From: an uncultured Spirochaetota bacterium
GTDB taxonomy: Bacteria; Spirochaetota; Brevinematia; Brevinematales; JAOACQ01
DNA: 64,000 bases
Reading direction: 5' to 3'
NCBI GenBank assembly: GCA_963835575.1
Contig: CAWIGG010000006.1
Span: forward strand, 96,001-160,000
The notes under the pieces are model-generated. The model did not search any database. It saw nothing but the letters and a program-made list of their open reading frames with translations, and was not told the origin of the DNA. A program made the position numbers and the translations under genes. The number at the start of each line of letters is the position of its first letter. Within the stretch, counting starts at the first letter, position 1. Positions 50,605 to 61,859 of the stretch are shown in pieces.

Positions 50605-51741
50605 TCAAATTAATTCCCGGAGGATGCCGGTGTCAAAATCCATGCAGGCCATGCTGCCGCAGCCGGTTTCACATGGAGAACAGGGTTTGTCCAGAGAGAG
50701 TACGTTAATATTTCCGCCGAGCGGGCCCCATTGTTTTTTATCTCCCATACCGCAGTAAAAGACGATCGTTTTTGTCCCGCTCCAGCCGGCCAGGTGGGAA
50801 GAAAGGCTGTCCACTGTCACGATCAGAGAGGCTTTCTTATAAAGCAATGCAAGCTGTGGAATATTAAACAGCCCCGCCGCGTTTAATGATTTTCCGGATG
50901 ATATTTCCCGCGCCAGTTCTTTTTCATCACCGCTTCCTGTTATTATTATCTGAAAGCCTTTTTTCTCAAGTATATTGACGACTTCCTTCCATTTTTCATT
51001 GGACAGGCTTTTAATCCGGAGGCCGGCTCCGGGATGAACTACGGCGGTCCCGGCAGACCTTTTTATATTCTTTTTCCAGAAATCGTTCACAAAAGAAAAA
51101 TCTTCTTTTGAGGGGCATATTTCATAACGCAGATTTTTTATATCAGCGTCGATTCCCAGCGGCCTGAGCACCTCAAGAAAATGCTCCGTTTCATGCCTGC
51201 CCCTTTCCCAGCCGGTCATCAGGTTCAGAAAAGGGCCGAAGCCGGCGGTCCCATGGCCGATGGTATATTTAATTCCGCCGAGCAGGGCAAGGCTTAACAG
51301 ATTCCCCCGGCGGGAGCGCATAAAAAGCCCCAGGTCATAATTTTCCTTCCGTATCGCTTTCAGCGCTGAAAAATATGTCCGCATGTATTCCAGCCATTTT
51401 TTTAAGCGGGCGCTTTTACTCCGGTTCGCAAAGGAGTGGTTAATGATATGCCTTTTTTGTATATAGGGATTGTTTTCAAGGACCTGTAAAGCCCATTTTC
51501 CGCAGACGATATCGATAGCAGCGTCAGGGAATCTTTTTTGTATAAGAGGGAAAACACTTGTTAAAAGAAGCATGTCGCCGAGATGGTCGGGCTTGATGAC
51601 GAGGATCTTATTTACTTTTTCAGGTATTTTCCCGCCTGATTTATGAAAGAAAAAACCGAGAGTATTATCAACCAGGGCCAGGAAAAAGCGAAGCCATGCT
51701 TTTTTTGTGAGATAGCGTGCCTTCTGACAGGTGCAGTTCAT
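50605..51741 (-). CDS. glycosyltransferase family 9 (heptosyltransferase-like)
   Basis: DHLGDMLL, HPGAG, TVDSLSSHLA, C-terminal PCSPC..C. Confidence 0.92.
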   Translation of the reverse strand: MNCTCQKARYLTKKAWLRFFLALVDNTLGFFFHKSGGKIPEKVNKILVIKPDHLGDMLLLTSVFPLIQKRFPDAAIDIVCGKWALQVLENNPYIQKRHIINHSFANRSKSARLKKWLEYMRTYFSALKAIRKENYDLGLFMRSRRGNLLSLALLGGIKYTIGHGTAGFGPFLNLMTGWERGRHETEHFLEVLRPLGIDADIKNLRYEICPSKEDFSFVNDFWKKNIKRSAGTAVVHPGAGLRIKSLSNEKWKEVVNILEKKGFQIIITGSGDEKELAREISSGKSLNAAGLFNIPQLALLYKKASLIVTVDSLSSHLAGWSGTKTIVFYCGMGDKKQWGPLGGNINVLSLDKPCSPCETGCGSMACMDFDTGILRELI

Positions 51742-51871
51742 TCTACTGCTTCTCCTTGGTAATAATTATACATAATCTGATTATAAGTGAATAGTCTAAG
51801 TATGATTTAAAAAAAATTCAATTTTTCAGGATTCCTATTAAATACAGGGTTTTACAAAAAGAATCCTCTAT

Positions 51872-53516
51872 CCCGCATTATTCATCTCACCCCCACAGAG
51901 GGTGTATTTTCTATAAAAAACTGCCCGGCTGTTCAAGCGGCCGCATAAATTTGTCAGTTAACCTTCCGTTTTTCCGTCCAATCCTTTCTAACTTTTCAAA
52001 AATCTGTTTTTTGCAGTTACAAGGGCGCAGTTTCCCCCTTCTTTAAGCGGAGTCAAAAACATCCAGAAAGGCTTTCATTACGCAAAGCTGTCCGAGAGCC
52101 TTTGAAATACCGCTTTTTCAGTGAAACTTGAGCAAAAATGCAGCCATACTCTCCGGACTGTTTCTTTTACCTGTACAGCAACTTTCAGAATTTTTAACCG
52201 TATAGTGTCGGCTTGCGCTTTCTCATATTCTGTACCTTTCAATCCCTTCCTTAAGCGCTGCATGCATTGATAGGCAAAACCCGCAAGAATCAGCCGGAAA
52301 TAATTTGCCATATATCGATGGCAGCTCAAACGGTCAAGATTCATATCCTTTTTCAGTTCCTTGATCCGGTTTTCCATATCTCCACGCTTCGCATAGAATC
52401 TGTATGCATACCTTGCCTTTGAAAATTTCCAATTGGTTATCAGATAACGGGTGTCCTGTCCCAATTCATTGCAGCGTATCCGGGCGATAATCATTCGTTC
52501 TTTTTCCCAGCTTTGTGCACGGTATTTGAAATTCGTATGAAGCGTCTTTTCTTTCCCGCTTTTTTGAAAATATGTCTTTGCCCTGCGGGATAGCTTTCTT
52601 GTCCTCTTCTCCAATCTCCGGTAACCCTTTATTCCCAGAATATAATGGAGATCATTTTGTTCGCAATATTCGTATATCTTCGGGTTTTCAAATCCGGCGT
52701 CACCTCGCAGGATTATCCGGATCTCCGGTTGTCGCCTCCTTATTGCCAAAACAATTCTCCTGATCATAGCAAGCGCGTCCTTTGCCGGACCCGCGTTTCC
52801 CTGCCGCAGTTTAATCGCCGCAAGGTCTCCGGTATCTCCGTCACAAACAATCAGCGGTGAGTACATCGTTTGTTCATAAAAACCGTTGAACAGGCTTCCT
52901 TCCTGTTTACCATGCGTCGGATCATCCGTGCCGTCTATGTCAAGAACAACACTTTCCGCTTTACGCTCTATCAAGCTGTCAATGTACCAGTCCGTCATAC
53001 AGAAATCAAGCTTCGTTATATCCCGAAGGTTTATGCTGTTCTCAAGCCTGGACAGCGTCGGCTGGCTGGACAGGGTATCTCCGCTTTCAGGTAAACGCCC
53101 TGCCGCGAATTTAAACATCGGGTCATACCGTAATACTCCCGCGTCGTTGGTGTCTTCATACCCCATGATCATTTGGCTGACCCGTTGTCCGATCAATTCA
53201 CTCATTTCATGAATTATCCGGTCCTGGTCCCTGCAATCCTCAATACAACCGGATATTCTATTGATAATTCCGGTCTTTTTTAAGAGCCCGGATACCAGAA
53301 ACAGCCCGCCGTCAGTGGATATGTCGCCGCCGTTCCAGTCCATCTCAATAGTCTTGCCTAAAAAGGCAAAACCGCTTGATTTTTCTTCTTGTTTATGACA
53401 TACTGTTTTCACCGCGTATCTCCTCTTTGGGGTATTTTTAGGTCGCAATTAATTATATCATAAAGAGTAAAGTTACGCGGCTTTTTTTATACTTTTTTTC
53501 AGGTGAATAATCCGGG
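51872..53516 (-). mobile_element. IS1380-family insertion sequence, copy 2 (1645 bp)
   Basis: Reverse complement of 1219-2863; 4-bp target duplication CTAT. Confidence 0.95.
52078..53412 (-). CDS. IS1380-family DDE transposase
   Basis: Translation identical to copy 1 (ORF track start 53448). Confidence 0.95.
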   Translation of the reverse strand: MKTVCHKQEEKSSGFAFLGKTIEMDWNGGDISTDGGLFLVSGLLKKTGIINRISGCIEDCRDQDRIIHEMSELIGQRVSQMIMGYEDTNDAGVLRYDPMFKFAAGRLPESGDTLSSQPTLSRLENSINLRDITKLDFCMTDWYIDSLIERKAESVVLDIDGTDDPTHGKQEGSLFNGFYEQTMYSPLIVCDGDTGDLAAIKLRQGNAGPAKDALAMIRRIVLAIRRRQPEIRIILRGDAGFENPKIYEYCEQNDLHYILGIKGYRRLEKRTRKLSRRAKTYFQKSGKEKTLHTNFKYRAQSWEKERMIIARIRCNELGQDTRYLITNWKFSKARYAYRFYAKRGDMENRIKELKKDMNLDRLSCHRYMANYFRLILAGFAYQCMQRLRKGLKGTEYEKAQADTIRLKILKVAVQVKETVRRVWLHFCSSFTEKAVFQRLSDSFA

Positions 53517-53659
53517 CTATTTATGGTTACCCGCAATTTATCCGCTTAATACGAAATTTAACAGTCTTTTGAGAAATTCATTTTATATAAAGAGGGGCAT
53601 AGCTGGCGGCAAGCGAAAAAGGCGCAAAACCGGTTATAAACCATCCTCCTGCTCAATTC

Positions 53660-54313
53660 TCAAAATTTCATTGCCAAACCAAAAGTTGTTGAGGCTGTAC
53701 CGGCGGCATTATTATTTAAAATATATTTGTCAGAATAAAAATTATTTGAATTTATGGATCTGGATAAATTCACATATATACCCAGGAGATTTTTATCCAA
53801 AAACTCGAAAGGATAAAAAATAAAGTGCAAATATATTCCATAATTCGCGTTATTCAAATGATAATCGGTGAGCCTGCCGGCATCTGTAACTTTTTCGTAA
53901 AAGAACCAGGAGCCGAACATACCGATGCCGAAAACAAGCCATGGATTTCCATCTTCCCGGTTAAAAAAGTGAAAATTGTAAGTGAGCGGGATAGTCAGCG
54001 CATGTAAGAAAAACGTCCTTGTTCCTGAAATGTTATTTAAACTGTCGTTATAAATAAAATCCTGGTTATAATATACATAATCCAGGCCGGTTTCAATATG
54101 ATTGCCGTAAATATTTAATTCAGTGTGTAAACCGATATTAGCGCCCAATTTTGTGGCATGGCTTACATTAGTTGTTTCAGAAAACGGCAAAGAACCTGTC
54201 AAACCTCCCCAATTGCCTCCGGTATATATGATGATGTTCTGCCGGGCGGCTAATTTTTGAGAAAACGTCAATATTATCAATATCAATACTATTTCAGCCA
54301 ATTTGTATGCCAT
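53660..54313 (-). CDS. outer-membrane beta-barrel-like protein
   Basis: GGAGG RBS, signal peptide, alternating beta strands, C-terminal Phe. Confidence 0.75.
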   Translation of the reverse strand: MAYKLAEIVLILIILTFSQKLAARQNIIIYTGGNWGGLTGSLPFSETTNVSHATKLGANIGLHTELNIYGNHIETGLDYVYYNQDFIYNDSLNNISGTRTFFLHALTIPLTYNFHFFNREDGNPWLVFGIGMFGSWFFYEKVTDAGRLTDYHLNNANYGIYLHFIFYPFEFLDKNLLGIYVNLSRSINSNNFYSDKYILNNNAAGTASTTFGLAMKF

Positions 54314-54331
54314 TATTTTCCTCCAGATTAT

Positions 54332-55030
54332 TTAAAATCTATAACCTATCTCAATGCCGGGAAGGGGTACAAATGTAAAAGGGCTTCCCATCCTGTCTAT
54401 TTCCCGAAACCTTTGCGGAGCGCTGCTGTCGTGAAGATAGGCCAAATAGTCAGCCTCAAAAAAAACAGAAACGTATAGGGGTAAACTAAACAAGATAAAA
54501 TCAAACCTATAGCCTATATCGCACATAATATACATTTGAAATCCGCTCGCGAGAAAGTTGCCATTATTATCGTAATATGCGATGTATTGGGGGCTTAATG
54601 ACAGACTTACAGAAAGATTTTCCCAAATGTACCTTGTATAACCGATCCCGGACAAATATGTCCAGATATAACCCGGATAAGGTGTCAAAAGCAGCAGATC
54701 GGAAAATACACCGGCAAACTTGGATGCGCCAAGGCCGAATGTAATTGAATTTTTTGTATCAAAACAATATTCAGCGCCGAAACTATAAAAGGGCTGAAGA
54801 ACTCCATCAACCGGAACGAAGCTGAATATAAGATCGCCCGGAGGGAATCCTATATACCAATGATAATTGGTTTTTACCGTATTTATGGTAATAGAATCAT
54901 TAGTCGTCATATTATTGGTTGAAAGATTATCATTAAAATTTGAATTATTCTGCAGAGCGTTTAAATTCTGAATACAGAGTAATACCAGCACTGTAAACAT
55001 GCTTGACGCCAATATCTTATTCCGTGCCAT
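54332..55030 (-). CDS. outer-membrane beta-barrel-like protein
   Basis: Signal peptide, internal and terminal IGYRF motifs (ORF track start 55039). Confidence 0.75.
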   Translation of the reverse strand: MARNKILASSMFTVLVLLCIQNLNALQNNSNFNDNLSTNNMTTNDSITINTVKTNYHWYIGFPPGDLIFSFVPVDGVLQPFYSFGAEYCFDTKNSITFGLGASKFAGVFSDLLLLTPYPGYIWTYLSGIGYTRYIWENLSVSLSLSPQYIAYYDNNGNFLASGFQMYIMCDIGYRFDFILFSLPLYVSVFFEADYLAYLHDSSAPQRFREIDRMGSPFTFVPLPGIEIGYRF

Positions 55031-55310
55031 AAATATCAAGCCTCCATTTTAAATTAACATGTGACTATATCATTAAATCTTGTTGCAATCAATAGGTATT
55101 TTATCCTACGGAGTTATTTTTTCTGCCCATTGGAGATTTGCATTAATTATTAGCGATAATAGAATGTTTTACACCTTAATTAATTTAATACCCTTGTTTA
55201 TTCATATAAAACTAGAGCGACAATCGAATTATAAGTGTGAAAACGAGGTATGAAAATAAAAGATACTCTTATTAAGTTTTTAATTTTGCATAATCATGAA
55301 AGTTTACAAA

Positions 55311-56333
55311 TTATTTACATACGGCCTTATGGTCCGTCCGGCGTAGTTCCTCGGCCGCCGTTTCCGGCAGGACCGTGTTGACATAAAAACCGCCGGCATA
55401 CTCCAGCCCGCCTTTTTGCTTGAGCTGGGGTATGGCGCTGACATACCAGTGATAATATCTTTCCTCTCTTTCATAATAGCAGAGCGACTGGAAAACATAA
55501 TTAAAATCGGGATTTTTAAGAAGAGAGTATAGTTTGCCGAATGCCGTGATCATGCTGTCCGAAAGGGAGCCTATTTCCTCCGGCGTTATGCAGAGGAAGG
55601 AAGGCGAGTGCTTTTTCGGCACGATCCAGAAATGATAGGGCGAAAGCGCCGCGTAAGGCGAAAGGCAGACAAAATAGTCGTTTTCATAAAAAATCCTGCC
55701 GCGTTCTGAATACTCATTATTGAGAATATCGCAGAGCATACAGCTGTCATTCAGTTCATGATAGCGCTCCGCTTCGCGGAGCCGTATCTGTATTTCAAAC
55801 GGCACGACAGGAAGCCCGTAAATCTGTGAATGGGGATGCTCCAGCGAACCGCCGGCTTTGATGCCCTGGTTTTTAAAAATGACAATATGCCTGACATACT
55901 CATTTTCCCTGATCTGCCCGGCGCGTTCTAAATAGATCTGCAGGAGCGAGGCCATTTCATCGGTATTGAAAAAAGCTAAAGTGGTATTATGCTTTGGAGT
56001 TTCAACAATGACGTCCTGAATACCGAATCCGTCTATTTCCTTGCAGAGGGGGCGGTGCCTCTTTTCCAGCTTTATATGGCGGTCGACACTGGAAAATTTA
56101 TTTTCCAGGATCCTTATCTGCCATTTTCCATTTTTTTCAATCCTTGAAACTTCCTTGTTTTCCTGAATTTGATTGCCGGGGCAGAAAGGGCAGGTATCTT
56201 TATATTCCGGGCGATGTTTCAGGATACTGATATTATCAAGCTCTTCATGTTTGAGATCCATCGGCCTTAGGGCCCTGTTCGGAGCGAAAATGACCCAGTC
56301 GTTGGTGATCATATTCTTCCGGTATATGGACAT
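55311..56333 (-). CDS. galT: galactose-1-phosphate uridylyltransferase
   Basis: WVIFAPNRALRP, CPFCPGN, FKNQG..AGGSLEHPHSQ, HWY. Confidence 0.92.
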   Translation of the reverse strand: MSIYRKNMITNDWVIFAPNRALRPMDLKHEELDNISILKHRPEYKDTCPFCPGNQIQENKEVSRIEKNGKWQIRILENKFSSVDRHIKLEKRHRPLCKEIDGFGIQDVIVETPKHNTTLAFFNTDEMASLLQIYLERAGQIRENEYVRHIVIFKNQGIKAGGSLEHPHSQIYGLPVVPFEIQIRLREAERYHELNDSCMLCDILNNEYSERGRIFYENDYFVCLSPYAALSPYHFWIVPKKHSPSFLCITPEEIGSLSDSMITAFGKLYSLLKNPDFNYVFQSLCYYEREERYYHWYVSAIPQLKQKGGLEYAGGFYVNTVLPETAAEELRRTDHKAVCK

Positions 56334-56463
56334 TCTTTTCTCCTTTTTAAATGTGAAAATTAATCCGGGAATTTAATCTTATTAACGGTGATATTATAAA
56401 CATGTGTTTTAAGTATATCAATAAATAATAGATCTGCTGTTCCGATTATTAAGCGAATGTTTT

Positions 56464-56671
56464 AAGGGCAGTTCCAAAAACTCAAAATCAATCAGATATT
56501 TCCAACATAGGTTTTGGAACTGCCCCGGTTATAGAACCTCTTGTAAATTTAATTGCCGCTACCGTATAGAGTTCGCTGGTTGATGATCTTTTCAGACAGC
56601 GAACTCGGGCGGTAGCATGAACTCATATAATAGCGGCAGTTCTAAATATTTGAGTTTTTAGAACTGCCCTT
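56464..56671. mobile_element. 208-bp MITE-like element, copy 2
   Basis: Same length, TIRs and internal hairpins as 73-280; extends to TTAA at both ends. Confidence 0.75.
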
Positions 56672-57014
56672 AATTATATATCTGACAGCATCATTTCCCC
56701 GGCTTTTGAAGATTACCCTGCAAAACACCTTTGTGTCTATAAAAAAAGCGCTAAAAGTTTTAATATTTTGATATTATTTCTTGAAAAAAACAGATAAAAT
56801 ATATTTTTAAATAATTTCATTTATTTGACCTGTATTCCGGTATTATATATAGAGAGAAACAAGAGAGTTATTTATGGGGATTAAGGCTTTATCCGATTCT
56901 GCCGCGGATGACGGTTTCTCTCCGGCAGGCTTTTCCTCCTATTTTCATGAGAAATGCGATAAACCTGCCGTTGCCTTTGGGGCGAACGGCAGGTGTTTTT
57001 TTCTCCTCTCCTTG

Positions 57015-58689
57015 TTGCCTGTCGGTTTTTATAACATGCTTCATGGACATACGGCAGGGTTCCCGTTAAAATAAAACGGGAGAAAAAGATGGCAAGATTT
57101 GAAAAGAACAGCCTGGAGCAGGGTGAGTTCCTCGCGATCAATATAGGCGAGCAGTTTGATGAGAATTCCAGAGAATTTATACTAAAAGAATTCATCAAAA
57201 ACCGTATTAAACTGGAGGATTTCGCGGCTTACTATAAGAACAACCATAGAGGCAGAGAGATTAAAAATCCTCGGGATGTGATCTGTGCGGTACTCTACGG
57301 TTACATTACGGGAAATCGTATCAGCCGAAAGATAGAAGATTTGCTGAAAAAACACATTGGGTTTATGTATGTTTCAAACCGGCTGAAAATTGACCATTCG
57401 GTAATTTGCGAGTTCAAGGTACTTTTTCAGGAAAAGATCGAGGAGTTGTTCAGCCAGCTTTTATATATACTCAACGAAATGGGGTCTATAGATTGGGACA
57501 TGGTAGTGGGTGACGGCACAAAGATCAAGGCCTACGCGAGTAAGAATAAGAATGTGGGAAAGAAACATACCCGGAAGCTGATGGACACTTACCAGAAGAT
57601 GGCGGAAAAGATTGTGAAACAAGACCTGGAACTGGAAGAATCTTACCGGGAAGGCAAGCTGGAGCAGCCTTATTACGAAGCGGAGAAGAAGCGGGTATCA
57701 AGGCGGAAAAAGATTTACGATAGTGTTTTGAACCAAATCGATGAATACAAAAAACAGGTAGAGAGAGGGGAAAAGACAGACGAAGAATTCACCAACCTGA
57801 CTGATCCCGAAAGCAAGCTGATGTCTGGAAATCCGCATAGTGTGTTTATACAGGGATATAATTCGGCGATGATGGTCAGTAATAATGATGTGATTATAGA
57901 TTTTGAAGCAATCACAACACCGGAAAAACAGCATACGGAAGAAATGGTAAAGAGGGTGGAACAGAAAAAAGCGGAATTAAAAGTTGATAAGGCTAGCAAA
58001 TACCTTTTTGATTCGGGTTTTCAGGACATGGAAGAGACAATCCGGATGGTGGAGGAAGGAAAAGACCTTTATGTGGATACGAAAGAGCGGGATTTCAGTG
58101 ATAAATCACAGAAGCGAAGAGACTTTAAACTGGAAAAGATTGATGACGAATATATCCTGGGATGCCGGGGCGGCCGTAAGGAAAATGGGTATTTAGATCG
58201 AAATAACCAAAGATATACATTTTTGTATTCACGGAAGGGCTGTGAAAGATGTCCATTTTTCAGTGAGTGTTATAAAAACATCAAACCGAAAACACAGCAA
58301 AAGACAGTAATTTTCAGTGAGTTTGAATTGAATAATCGGTCTAAGATTGATGCTTATTTAACAAAACTTTACAGCGAAGAAGGGCAAAAGATATACAACC
58401 GCAGGATAGGTAAAGAACACGTATTTTCAAACATCAAAACACAGAAGGGTTATGTTCAGACAGTTTACAGAGGTCAACGGAAAGTGAATTTGGAGCTATG
58501 CTGGGTATCCCTTGCGCATAATTTTATGAAATATGCCCAATATTTGAGAAAATAGAGAGGATTTTGTATAGTCTGAGTATCGATTATTCGAAATTTATTA
58601 TTAAAATCAGCTAAGCTGACAAAATTTTTATTTGCCCGCTTATTGTAAGGGGCTGGTTTGACTCCGAAAATGAAATAACCGACAGGCAA
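57015..58689 (+). mobile_element. IS1182-like insertion sequence
   Basis: TIR TTGCCTGTCGGTT / AACCGACAGGCAA; no target duplication seen. Confidence 0.8.
57089..58555 (+). CDS. IS1182-like transposase
   Basis: LYGYITG.RISRKIE, DHSVI, GDGTKIKAYAS, NLTDPES, QGYN, FDSGF, EHVFSNIK, AHN. Confidence 0.9.
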   Translation: MARFEKNSLEQGEFLAINIGEQFDENSREFILKEFIKNRIKLEDFAAYYKNNHRGREIKNPRDVICAVLYGYITGNRISRKIEDLLKKHIGFMYVSNRLKIDHSVICEFKVLFQEKIEELFSQLLYILNEMGSIDWDMVVGDGTKIKAYASKNKNVGKKHTRKLMDTYQKMAEKIVKQDLELEESYREGKLEQPYYEAEKKRVSRRKKIYDSVLNQIDEYKKQVERGEKTDEEFTNLTDPESKLMSGNPHSVFIQGYNSAMMVSNNDVIIDFEAITTPEKQHTEEMVKRVEQKKAELKVDKASKYLFDSGFQDMEETIRMVEEGKDLYVDTKERDFSDKSQKRRDFKLEKIDDEYILGCRGGRKENGYLDRNNQRYTFLYSRKGCERCPFFSECYKNIKPKTQQKTVIFSEFELNNRSKIDAYLTKLYSEEGQKIYNRRIGKEHVFSNIKTQKGYVQTVYRGQRKVNLELCWVSLAHNFMKYAQYLRK

Positions 58690-59001
58690 GCCGGAAAAAA
58701 GAGGCTGTATTATAAAGATCCTGATAGACCAGAAGATAATTATGCCGGTCAGAAGCGCCTTCCCGATCTGAGAGGTTAAAAGCTCTTTTGAGTAAAAGAA
58801 AGGTAAATAGGCGAAGATCAGCCAGAATAATAAAACGGAGAAGTTTGACGTATTTAATAACTGCTTTATGACTCTTTTTTTGATGGCTGGCAGTTCTTTC
58901 AGATTTTCATCCCAATTGAACGTTTTTGGGAATATAATATGGGATAGAGCGCAGATCAAATGAAAAACGCCCCCGATTTTTATTAATAGTTCATTGGGCA
59001 T
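58690..59001 (-). pseudogene. membrane protein gene truncated by the IS
   Basis: TM-rich ORF 58474-59001 runs into the IS end after IIQPLFSG. Confidence 0.65.
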
Positions 59002-59044
59002 TGGCAGTTCCTTTTTTATTCATTATTTTTAATTCCGGCCGCCT

Positions 59045-59626
59045 TTACTTTTTATACATATCCTTAAACTTCTGATAATAAAATTCATGGTCTTTGCGCG
59101 GCAGGGTCTGCGATTCTCCATTTGAGTTTTCATCCAGACGGGCAAGCATCTTTTCGATTTTTTTTAATTTTTCCTCCGAATCGAAAGCCCAATCGCTTTC
59201 CGGATATTCCCGCAGGACTTTTGTGAAAAAAGATTTGGCTTTGGCCAGATTATCTTCGGTTTCATCAGCGGTATGGCGCTCCGACGCCGAGAAATGAGTG
59301 AAGAAATAATGATACTTTGTATAATATTTATTAAAATATTCCAGCCCTTTTTTATATAAAACAGCGTCCCGGTCCGAATCTTTTTTGATCATGCTGTCTT
59401 TAGCCGGCTTTGCTTTTGCCTTCTTTTTTAAATCATCAAAACCGGCGGCGATTATTTTATAAGCCTCATTTATCCTTGCCATGATCTTTTCCTGCTTCTT
59501 TTTCTGTTCATGGTTTGTAAAGTGGTCGGGATGGTTCTGCCCGGCAAGCCTGCGGTAAGTTTTCTTGACATCGTTCAGGGTTGCGCCGGGAGTCAGGCAG
59601 AATAGTTTTATATACTCATTAATCAT
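59045..59626 (-). CDS. DnaJ (J-domain) protein
   Basis: KKTYRRLA..NHPD..MARINEAY; C-terminal TPR-like YPESDW. Confidence 0.9.
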   Translation of the reverse strand: MINEYIKLFCLTPGATLNDVKKTYRRLAGQNHPDHFTNHEQKKKQEKIMARINEAYKIIAAGFDDLKKKAKAKPAKDSMIKKDSDRDAVLYKKGLEYFNKYYTKYHYFFTHFSASERHTADETEDNLAKAKSFFTKVLREYPESDWAFDSEEKLKKIEKMLARLDENSNGESQTLPRKDHEFYYQKFKDMYKK

Positions 59627-59996
59627 ATTTCCTCTTTTTGTTTATTATAAAGTTTCATCTTCTTTTTGTACAGCGGTCATCACAGGCTATTTTGCTTCCG
59701 CGGCAAAGGTTGCCGGACACTACATCAAGTTCATTGCCGAATCCGCTTCGTTCTAATCGGGTACAGGCCCCGAACATGGATGGAGAAATTTGGGGATAAA
59801 TAAAAGAGATAATCGGTCCTTGGGACTTCTGACAGTTTGAAGCGGTAATTTCTTTTAAACTCATGGATTTTAATCTTTACAGGCAATTATTAATTTTTTA
59901 TTTTTTTGCATTTATTGATACGCAAGAATAAAATATCAACCAATGGAATTATAATTTTTCTTATCATTCATTAATAATTTTTGGAGGTAATTACTT

Positions 59997-61859
59997 ATGA
60001 AAAAAAGAGTGTTATTGTGTTTTTTGACTGCGATTTTAGCGCTGACAGTATTGTCAGGATGTTCGATTCAGAAAAGTATTAATGCGGATTCGGGTACCGA
60101 TTCAAATCAAACCTCGGAAATTGATACCCCTCAATTAGCTATTGTCGGCTGGACTTATCTGAACCCGGTAGCTTATTGGAGTTTTGATCAAAATGAAGGG
60201 AATTTTGTGCGGGACAACTCGGGAAGCGGAGCGGATGGAAATATTGCCGCAGGAGACGCAACCTGCGGCGTTGAAGCGGGAAAATTCGGCAGGGCGGCTT
60301 ACTTTAACAACGATACCAGGGCAGGCGACATATTGGTAAAAGACCAGCCGGGATTTCAAATCGCGAATCAGATGACAATCGCCGTATGGGTCAGACCTAT
60401 GGAAAATCCCATTGGAGGGGGTGAGAATATTCTCAACAAATGGTATGACTGGGGCGACGCTTACTGGTTCGGCTTAAATGATCAGGGGAAGATTGAGTTC
60501 GCAATCTCCTTTGAACCGGGGTTTGAAAACGATTTTAGGGTTATCTCAACCCAGCCTTTGCCGTCAGGTGAATGGACGCATTGTTCCGGGGTATATAATG
60601 GACGTGAACTTATTCTTTATATCAACGGCGTGGTGGACAGCAGAACGGTCCTTCCAAGCGCATACCAGGGAAAATCCATCAGAAAATCAAATCATGATAT
60701 TCACATCGGCAACTACCCCTATCTGGGATACAAAGGATTGAAAATGCTGCTGGATGAGCTGTGGTTTTTTAATTGTTCGTTAAGCCAATTTCAGGTAAAT
60801 AAAATTATGACAACCAGCCCTTCTCAGATAAAATGGTCCGTAAAAAATCCCGGATTCACTCCTCCAGCCGGCGTTTACAGTGGACCCGTGAATGCTGCAA
60901 TCAGTTGTGTGACATCCGGGGCAACAATCATTTATACCACGGACGGATCCACACCCTCGTCAACACATGGATTAACCTATTCAGGCCCTATTGCCATTGA
61001 AAAGAATACCACCATCAGGGCGATTGCTTTAAAGAGCGGCTGGATAGACAGCCAGGTTGTCAGCGCGAGATATATATTACTGTCGGAGCCTAAAAATTTA
61101 ACCGTGAATTTGAAAACAATGTCGTCAATAATATTAGTTTGGAATAAGCCTGACTATACCGGGTCCGGATATCCGGGATATATTGTCACATGCAAATCAT
61201 CGGACGGCAGTTACCACATAATAGCAACAAATTATGCAAATTATTTCATTATCAATAGTCTAAAATCATCCCAAAATTATATTTTTACCGTTAAAGCCGT
61301 CGATTTTTTGGGATATACATCCTCAGCGGCCTCAATATTCGTCACAACATTAAAACGTTCTTCACCCATGTTCAATTATCCGATTAGCAATGCAACGGCT
61401 TTAGGATATTTTATTGACACAGGCGCAGATCTTTACGCGCCGACAAACACCCCGTGCTATGCAATTGCAGATGGCGGAATCAGCATCTTCAGTAGACCTG
61501 CTTCAGCAAATAAGATATTGTATATAACCAATACTCCTTTCTTATGGACTGACTGCACAGGTAAAAAATTTACAATCAAAGGATATTCCTATGCTCATTT
61601 AAACGCATATAGCTCTGACTTGTATCATGCCGCGTATAGCGATAAATTTATTAAATACGGAACATTAGTAGCTTATAGCGGCGCGGCTAATAATACACCT
61701 CACCTTCATTTTACTTTTATAACCGGGGAAGAAAATTTTCATGAGATTCGCGATCCGGATAATAACTTATTGAGGCGTATTACCTGGGGTAATTATCTTA
61801 ACCGCGACCAGGTGTATGAGCTTTTAGGATTGGAATACGGCATGAATTTTACCAGATAA
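59997..61859 (+). CDS. lipoprotein with LamG, Fn3-associated, FN3 and C-terminal M23 peptidase-like domains
   Basis: GGAGG RBS, lipobox LSGC, VAYWSFD..LYING..LDEL, IIYTTDGSTP, YAHL..PHLHF. Confidence 0.87.
   Translation: MKKRVLLCFLTAILALTVLSGCSIQKSINADSGTDSNQTSEIDTPQLAIVGWTYLNPVAYWSFDQNEGNFVRDNSGSGADGNIAAGDATCGVEAGKFGRAAYFNNDTRAGDILVKDQPGFQIANQMTIAVWVRPMENPIGGGENILNKWYDWGDAYWFGLNDQGKIEFAISFEPGFENDFRVISTQPLPSGEWTHCSGVYNGRELILYINGVVDSRTVLPSAYQGKSIRKSNHDIHIGNYPYLGYKGLKMLLDELWFFNCSLSQFQVNKIMTTSPSQIKWSVKNPGFTPPAGVYSGPVNAAISCVTSGATIIYTTDGSTPSSTHGLTYSGPIAIEKNTTIRAIALKSGWIDSQVVSARYILLSEPKNLTVNLKTMSSIILVWNKPDYTGSGYPGYIVTCKSSDGSYHIIATNYANYFIINSLKSSQNYIFTVKAVDFLGYTSSAASIFVTTLKRSSPMFNYPISNATALGYFIDTGADLYAPTNTPCYAIADGGISIFSRPASANKILYITNTPFLWTDCTGKKFTIKGYSYAHLNAYSSDLYHAAYSDKFIKYGTLVAYSGAANNTPHLHFTFITGEENFHEIRDPDNNLLRRITWGNYLNRDQVYELLGLEYGMNFTR

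Noticed and set aside
59655..59864. 69-aa ORF upstream of the J-domain gene
   Set aside because: No clear RBS or recognisable motif
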